From a virus: a stretch of 64,000 nt of DNA. A model generated the notes under the pieces. The model had not been told where the DNA came from. It saw only the letters and a program-made list of their open reading frames with translations, and ran no database searches. Within the stretch, counting starts at the first letter, position 1. Each line of letters starts with the position of its first letter. A program made the translations under genes and the position numbers. The stretch is from IMG/VR virus record IMGVR_UViG_2585428081_000003. One strand, 5' to 3'. Of this stretch, positions 57,787 to 64,000 are shown one piece after another.

Positions 57787-58608
57787 CTATCTCGCTGCAA
57801 ATTTAAGCATCTGAAATATTCTTGCTCCTGAATAAATATTGCTTATTCCATTTCCTTCAGGTAATACTAGGAACTCTTGCAAAAATCGCGGAGTTCTAAT
57901 TCCCATTATAAGAGCAGCAAGCCCCCATAAAGAATCTCCACCCATCATAAATGTAAATGCAAGTTTTGTTAATACAACTTGGACTAAAAGTGTTAATGAA
58001 ACCTGCAAAAGTTTTTGAATATAGGTTTTAAATACCCCTTTATCTGCATCCATTAGCCCCACACAAGCAAGTGGAAGACCTATTCTCAACATCAACATCT
58101 GTATTCCTTTACCTATAAACTGAATGTAAAGAATTAGATAGACAATAAAAAATACAAGTGTAAACACCGCATAGAATATTCTTCCATTAACTATCCTAGC
58201 TAACAAAGAAGAAAAATCAATATCAGTGCTTAACCCTATTGCATTTAATACCCTATCTGTTCCATCTATTATTATATTTGCTAACCATCCATACATTACA
58301 CCAAAACATAAAGCTATGGCCATTGCTCTAAAAAAATTAATAAGCAGCCCAACTGGTTCAGCATCAGGATCCCCATCTGTCCAAAGTATATAAGTTTCAA
58401 AGCCCTTCTTCAAAAATTTTAATACTATCATTGAAATTCCAAATTCCAGAAATATCTTAGAAACATCATCAAATCCTCCTACATTCATACTGAACATGAC
58501 TTTTTCAGGATACAATGCAATAGAAACAACATTTAAAAGCTTATCACCAAAAGTATCTAAGTATCCTTCAAGAAATTCAGTAATAAGGAGTATTATTAAT
58601 TTAGACAT
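57787..58608 (-). CDS. VirB6-like polytopic membrane protein
   Basis: Multiple TM helices; LRIGLPLA motif. Confidence 0.65.
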   Translation of the reverse strand: MSKLIILLITEFLEGYLDTFGDKLLNVVSIALYPEKVMFSMNVGGFDDVSKIFLEFGISMIVLKFLKKGFETYILWTDGDPDAEPVGLLINFFRAMAIALCFGVMYGWLANIIIDGTDRVLNAIGLSTDIDFSSLLARIVNGRIFYAVFTLVFFIVYLILYIQFIGKGIQMLMLRIGLPLACVGLMDADKGVFKTYIQKLLQVSLTLLVQVVLTKLAFTFMMGGDSLWGLAALIMGIRTPRFLQEFLVLPEGNGISNIYSGARIFQMLKFAAR

Positions 58609-58658
58609 TTACTAACTCCTTTCTTTTCAAGAAAAACGAGCTAAAGGTCTTGCTCGTT

Positions 58659-58892
58659 TTATCCTTTATAATTGAACATATCTTGTATTCGTGTCTTCAA
58701 CGTTGGCATTATTGTATCACCCCAAAGGGCATATATACCGGCCAATACTAAAGCACCTATCACTACTGCCATTAAAATTTTGATTCCTGAATCTACATAA
58801 CCTTCTCCTCCTTGTTTGCACTTAATCTTTCTATACATCTTTGTTTGAAACCCCATGAATCTTTTACCTATTGATTTCTTTACTCTTTCCAT
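58659..58892 (-). CDS. Flp-type pilin (DUF6133-like)
   Basis: GEGYVDSGIKILMAVVIGALVLAG; terminator hairpin at ~58631-58660. Confidence 0.75.
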   Translation of the reverse strand: MERVKKSIGKRFMGFQTKMYRKIKCKQGGEGYVDSGIKILMAVVIGALVLAGIYALWGDTIMPTLKTRIQDMFNYKG

Positions 58893-58913
58893 AAAATTTT
58901 CCTCCTTTTTAGT

Positions 58914-59288
58914 TTATTTAAAATAACCACTAACTACAGTTATAATGGCTCCTGAAACAACTGCACCTATTGTACATCCTATTGCAACCTTTATTCTTGT
59001 AGCCCATTTTTTCTGATCCATCTCATCTGCTGCACCTTTTCTGATGAAAAAATATGCAGTAAATACAATACCAACTGGAATTGCAACAACAGGAAGATAA
59101 GAACCAAGGTCATTGAGCATCTTCTCAAGGCCTTTTGCTATTTTAGAGTTTTGAATGCTTTCTGCAAATGCAACATTTGCTTGAATTGTTGAAAACATTA
59201 TTAAAAATATAAAAATTTTACTTTTACTAGTATACCTTTTTCTATTATTCGTACATCTTCCAAATTTCCCATAAGGCAATTTTTTCAT
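58914..59288 (-). CDS. TrbC/VirB2-like membrane protein
   Basis: Signal-like N-terminus, two TM helices. Confidence 0.55.
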   Translation of the reverse strand: MKKLPYGKFGRCTNNRKRYTSKSKIFIFLIMFSTIQANVAFAESIQNSKIAKGLEKMLNDLGSYLPVVAIPVGIVFTAYFFIRKGAADEMDQKKWATRIKVAIGCTIGAVVSGAIITVVSGYFK

Positions 59289-61207
59289 CTCCTTTTCTTG
59301 CAGGTCGTCTATTTTCTCTTGCTTCCCTAACTAATCTGTTATGTTCTTCATTCCCAAGTCCTAACATATTATTAAACTCCCATTTACTTAAATCAGGAGC
59401 AAACATTATAGCTGGATTTCCTCTTGACATAACCAAGCTATAAGGTCTTTCAATAAGCTTTATTTCATTGGTTGTCAAAAGCGGTCTACCAGTTAAATTG
59501 ATACTTTGAGAAGATGAACCTGCTGAATATTTTCCATGAGAAGAACTTAAAGAATATGTTGAAACTGTATAATTTCCAAGTCTTTTTGATATTTCCTCTA
59601 AAGTTTCTGTATCATTAGTCTGAAGGTAAATCCAATTTTGACAGTTTCCTCTAATTATCTTTGATTCTTCTTTTCCATATTTTTTATCTAGCTGTGCAAA
59701 ATCTTGTAAAAATAAATTAAATCGAATCCCCCTTCCTCCTCCTACTGTAAGTTTGGTCGCAAAATCGGGAATTTGTGTAAAGTTTCCAAATTCATCCAGT
59801 ATAAAATTAACCCTCCTTTCTAGTCTTCCTCCTCTTTCATCTGCAACCTTTACTAGCTGTTCATAAACTTGTGATACTAAGAGACTTGCTAAACTATAAT
59901 AAGTCGTTGTTTCATCAGGCAAAATAATAAATAGAGCCATCTTTTTTCTACCTAAATCTTTAGGATCAAAATCACTTTTGTTAGTCATAGAATATATCTT
60001 AGGATTAGTAAATAACCTAAGAGTTGTCAAAGCAGCAGTAAAAAAACTCCCTCGTGTTTTTGAAGGAGCTATTTCTGATATAGCTATAAGTCCCCTAGAA
60101 GGATGAGCAGCATCTAATTCTTTCATGTAATCTGTAATAGGCATTGATTTATCAATAGTCTTGTACATATTGGCAATAAAAAAATATGTGTTAGTCATAT
60201 TTTGATACTTTGTATTATATTTACCTCTGTTATCATACACCACATTCATAATAGATCCAGCTATAGTTGAAGCCTCTCCATTTGTCCATATTTTTTCACC
60301 TTTAGCTTCTCCCACTAAAGCTGATGTAATATCCCATGCACATTCTATTGCTCCCGGAATATCATTTATTTTAACTGCATCTATTGTAGGCTGCAGAAAA
60401 TTATATCTATCACTTTTTAATGGATTTTTAAAATCTATTGCTATAACTTCATAACCTAATCTTTTTAGAAATGGAGTTGTATAATTATATAGTTCTCCTT
60501 TTGGATCTGACATAACCATACTTTCTCCAGCTAATCCAAGAGTACAAATAGTTGGTATAACTACATGTCTAGATTTTCCTGATCTAGTGGAACCTATACA
60601 AATAGTATGAACATCATCTCCTATAGCATATATTTTCTCTGTCCCTTTTTCTTTTGACATTCCTAGTACAATACCTGCTTCGTTAAAATATGGAGTTTTC
60701 TCAACAATTTCTTGAACTAATTCTATTTTCATCACCTCCCTTCATATTTTTTAAATCATCATATCCATATTTCAATAAATTCTTAATCTCTTTATCTTGT
60801 TTAATTTCTAATATAGTAAAAGCTTTTTCCTTCTCTTTTTCCGTCATAAATCTTGCGGAGCCATGTTGTTTCTGACCTGCTGGTACAGGAATACTTATTG
60901 CTGGAGTAATTTGTATCAAGTCACTCTCATAAGCTCTGTCATTTGAAAAAAAGTAAATAAAATTCATTATTATTAGCAACAGTTCAAAACATCCAAGTAG
61001 CTTTAAAGCATTTCTACTGTTCTTTATTATCTCAAATGATTTTTGAATCTTGAAAATATGAATATCAATTTTGCCTTTAGACAACAAAGTATCTAAATAC
61101 ACAGAAAAATATATACTGCCAATAGTTCCTAATATAAGAATTAAAATTGATACTCCAATTTTAAATTTCTTCTGTTTGCTCAAACATTTCCCTCCCTTCT
61201 TGTTCAT
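59245..61207 (-). pseudogene. virD4: VirD4/TraG coupling protein split into 168-aa and 496-aa ORFs by an apparent frameshift near 60700-60735
   Basis: ORF 60701-61207 has TM helices + QHGSARF; ORF 59245-60735 has GIVLG, GSTRSGKS, SDPKGE, LDEFG; overlap in different frames. Confidence 0.7.
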
Positions 61208-61409
61208 CTTCTTGCAAAATAATCTGTATAACCTCCCTTTCTAATATTGCTTTTTTCTTTTTCAATGCCATATTAATAACTTTTAGTTTCTTCCACTCAT
61301 CTATATTTAGCGTTTTATAGTCATTATTATATTTTTTCATCAGTTCTATTGTTATAGATGTGAAAAGAAGTGAAAAAATAATAAGCACTATTGTCATTAA
61401 AAAAATCAT
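61161..61409 (-). CDS. Hypothetical membrane-anchored protein
   Basis: ORF track. Confidence 0.5.
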   Translation of the reverse strand: MIFLMTIVLIIFSLLFTSITIELMKKYNNDYKTLNIDEWKKLKVINMALKKKKAILEREVIQIILQEDEQEGREMFEQTEEI

Positions 61410-61696
61410 TTCATATCTCCCTTCTTTTCTTTTATTTTTTGAAGTTTTCTTATTTCATTTATTAATCTTTCATTTTCACTACAAATGTAGTCATACTCAT
61501 CCTCTACAATCCTTATATTCCCATTGACAATATATGAAGATATAGGTTCTGCTATTTTTTTATAAATAAATAATCCCAATGATGGTATTATCAATAATAG
61601 TAAAGCATATGATACTTTCCAAGTCATTTTATAGCCTCCTAAAATTATTTTAAATTTCAATTTCTTCTTCTGTCTCAAATTCCAATTGTTTTTCAT
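61406..61696 (-). CDS. Hypothetical membrane-anchored protein
   Basis: ORF track. Confidence 0.45.
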   Translation of the reverse strand: MKNNWNLRQKKKLKFKIILGGYKMTWKVSYALLLLIIPSLGLFIYKKIAEPISSYIVNGNIRIVEDEYDYICSENERLINEIRKLQKIKEKKGDMK

Positions 61697-63044
61697 TTAA
61701 TTTTGGTTCTTTTTGTTTTATCTCTTTCGCTTTTTCCATCCCTAACTTAGAAATAGAATAAGAATCATCTTCATTTTTTATAACATACCCCTCTTTAAAA
61801 TTATTTTCTAAACGTTTTTTCAAATATTCATACTGTTTATTAGCATATATTTCATCAGTATATTCTTTTTTAATTTGATTTTTAAGTTCCTTTAAAGTTA
61901 AACTTCCACCTGCCTTTAATATATAACCAAAAACTTTATTAGAATCATATGAAGTAAATTCAAACTCCTCATTTATTTCTTTTGATTCTTCTATTGCTTT
62001 TTGAGTAATAGAATATTTATTATCAACTACTTCTATATATCCTTCGTCAATCAACTTTTCAATTCTTTTTTTCTGTATATTAAATGTCTTTTTAGCTTCT
62101 TTAGGAGATGAATACTTTCTCATTATATTTTCTTTAAGCAATTGTTCTGTATTGTATTTTTTTATTTGTGGAAATATCATATTAACGTCAAATTTTGATA
62201 AATTAAATTCATCTTCAATATCCCTTTTATTTTTTAGATTGTCTTCCTTTTTTATATCCCTAGTTTTATCTTTTTCAACTGATACTCTGCTTATATTTTG
62301 AGATTTTTCTTTAAGTTCATTTGATTTTTCTACCTCTTTATTTGCATAAAAATTTGTATAAGAACTTAATGAATTAGTTTCCATGAATTTTTCTCTCAAT
62401 TGCTCTAATCGACTTTTTTTCATTTCTTCCCAACTATTTTCTGGAGTTATATACTCATAAACATTTATTCCTCGTTCCATTCCAAGCCTTATTTCCCTCA
62501 TCTGTTGCCAATTGTATTCAAGACTATCATAAAAAGATGTATCCAAATCTTTTTCTAATCCCAGACGAATCTCTCTCATTTGCATCCAATCAAAATCAGC
62601 ATTATTAAAGAGTGATACATCTAAACCTTTTTCTAATCCTAGTCTTATTTCTTCCATTTGTTCAACACTCATATTTTTCTTTGCATAATGGCTAACATCA
62701 AGCTCCTTCTCTAATCCTAAGCGAATCTCTCGCATCTGCATCCAATCAAAATCGGTATTATTAAAAAGTGATACATCCAAACCTTTTTCTAATCCTAATC
62801 TTATTTCCTCCATCTGTTCAACACTTATATCTTCTTTTGCATAATGACTGACATCAAGCCCTTTCTCTAATCCTAAACGAATCTCTCGCATCTGCATCCA
62901 GCCAAAATCGGGCTTTCTATAGAAATATACTGGTAAGTCTTTGTTCTCGCCTAATATTATTTCACTCTTTTGTAATTGATCATACTTATGATTCAAATAT
63001 AGAAAAATTCTTTTTAGCCTATTTAAAAAGCTTTTTTTACCCAT
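61650..63044 (-). CDS. Repeat protein: six 26-aa QMxEIRLGLE repeats + two winged-helix-like repeats
   Basis: 78-bp DNA periodicity (156-bp dimer) at ~62427-62894. Confidence 0.75.
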   Translation of the reverse strand: MGKKSFLNRLKRIFLYLNHKYDQLQKSEIILGENKDLPVYFYRKPDFGWMQMREIRLGLEKGLDVSHYAKEDISVEQMEEIRLGLEKGLDVSLFNNTDFDWMQMREIRLGLEKELDVSHYAKKNMSVEQMEEIRLGLEKGLDVSLFNNADFDWMQMREIRLGLEKDLDTSFYDSLEYNWQQMREIRLGMERGINVYEYITPENSWEEMKKSRLEQLREKFMETNSLSSYTNFYANKEVEKSNELKEKSQNISRVSVEKDKTRDIKKEDNLKNKRDIEDEFNLSKFDVNMIFPQIKKYNTEQLLKENIMRKYSSPKEAKKTFNIQKKRIEKLIDEGYIEVVDNKYSITQKAIEESKEINEEFEFTSYDSNKVFGYILKAGGSLTLKELKNQIKKEYTDEIYANKQYEYLKKRLENNFKEGYVIKNEDDSYSISKLGMEKAKEIKQKEPKLNEKQLEFETEEEIEI

Positions 63045-63058
63045 TTCTTCACTCCTCT

Positions 63059-63295
63059 TTATATCTTTCTAATTCCATATTCATTAATGAGAAAATCAAT
63101 TTTAAGGAAACATTCTAAATACCCATTGATAGATTTAAATATATAGAAATCATTATCCATTCCTGACTCCCCTATAAAAATTCCCTTAAAAATATTTGTT
63201 TTTTTATTTCTTGATTTCCCTTTTTTAAAAATTGCATATTCGCTACCTATTTCTAGTCCTAAAATATTCTCCTTAAGTTCATCTACTGTAATCAT
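63059..63295 (-). CDS. Hypothetical protein
   Basis: ORF track, AGGAGGT RBS. Confidence 0.55.
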   Translation of the reverse strand: MITVDELKENILGLEIGSEYAIFKKGKSRNKKTNIFKGIFIGESGMDNDFYIFKSINGYLECFLKIDFLINEYGIRKI

Positions 63296-63468
63296 ATTTA
63301 CCTCCTATTTTTCATTTTTAGATTTCACCTCCTAAAAACAGCCTTCTAAAATGGATTTTGAGGATCTTTAGAAGGCTAGGCATACCCTATAGTATTATCA
63401 AGTTTTAGGCATCAAAAAAACAGCCTATTATTGGCTGTCCTTTTAAAAATACATTGTAAATATTAAAT

Positions 63469-63927
63469 TTAAATATGTTCTTTAAGAACTATAAAAAAGC
63501 TCTCTTTTCTAACAGTAAATCCATTCTTAATATAAAACTTTTTTAAATTGTCTATCCCTATAGGAGTATCAATATATAATTTACCTTTTATCTTACTTAC
63601 TCCTATATTTTTAGCTATATAAATAAACCTCTTCAATATTTGACTTCCATGCCCCTGACGCAATTCTTTCATTGTATCAATTGACTCTATATATGCAGTT
63701 TTTTCTTCATAGAAATCATTTAACCTCAATTTAGCACTTAATTCAGTTATAGGCGATGTTCTTACTGGAACTTGTTCAAGTTTATAAGTATGAAGCTCTA
63801 TAGTATAATCATTTTCCCATATATCTGGTACCCACGTTTCCACAATATAATATGGCTGGTCATTATATAAATACATATTGATATTATAATCATCATATTT
63901 ATCTAAAATAAAATTAAGATTATCCAT
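63469..63927 (-). CDS. GNAT-family acetyltransferase
   Basis: LRQGHGSQIL acetyl-CoA motif; LKKFYIKNGF. Confidence 0.7.
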   Translation of the reverse strand: MDNLNFILDKYDDYNINMYLYNDQPYYIVETWVPDIWENDYTIELHTYKLEQVPVRTSPITELSAKLRLNDFYEEKTAYIESIDTMKELRQGHGSQILKRFIYIAKNIGVSKIKGKLYIDTPIGIDNLKKFYIKNGFTVRKESFFIVLKEHI

Positions 63928-64000
63928 TATATTATCATATGATATTTTGTCTTTTTTAATTTTCCTTATATACTCTCTTTGTTTTTCTAATCTTTCTTCT

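Larger units (their letters stand above)
27311..64000 (-). mobile_element. Integrative conjugative element (possibly transfer-defective), far end outside window; inserted in sigK
   Basis: Serine recombinase, RepA_N, VirB4, VirD4, VirB6/PrgI-like, Tad cluster, defence cargo. Confidence 0.9.

Noticed and set aside
44630-63380. Repeated GCCTTCTAAAAT at ~44633 and ~63338 as recombination or oriT sites
   Set aside because: Only a 12-mer in AT-rich DNA with no further shared context; insufficient support.
1-64000. tRNA or rRNA genes
   Set aside because: No cloverleaf/T-loop GTTCGA context or rRNA-like sequence noticed.

Overview
AT-rich DNA from a spore-forming Firmicute, probably Clostridia. The window holds two large mobile elements meeting tail-to-tail. 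(1) Positions 1-~27232: a siphovirus-type prophage on the minus strand (head/neck genes, MuF minor capsid with a toxin-like tip plus an immunity-like gene, portal, terminase, late activator, replication/recombination genes, two CI/Cro-like switches, a ParB/HEPN-like + Dam cassette, and a large serine integrase). (2) Positions ~27311-64000: an integrative conjugative element (second large serine recombinase, type III toxin-antitoxin cargo, a duplicated 383-bp structured non-coding element, a GHKL/His-kinase + receiver + Dcm locus, RepA_N, VirB4, frameshifted VirD4, a Tad/Flp pilus cluster, and SLH/Ig-like surface proteins). Main result: the ~116 bp between the two convergent recombinase genes contains a 78-79 nt piece missed by the ORF track that reads LIKAISTYDKKKGTRLATYAARCIDN on the minus strand. 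This is an internal fragment of the mother-cell sporulation sigma factor gene sigK, cut off at both ends. sigK therefore appears split into at least three pieces by two different elements, a phage and an ICE, both of which would need to excise to rebuild the gene. The 5' and 3' sigK pieces are predicted outside the window and could not be checked. The prophage also carries sporulation-type morons (Spo0E-family phosphatase, ferritin-like protein, small Cys/Gly-rich membrane peptide). No rRNA, tRNA or CRISPR array was seen. All family assignments are from motif recognition by eye, not database searches.
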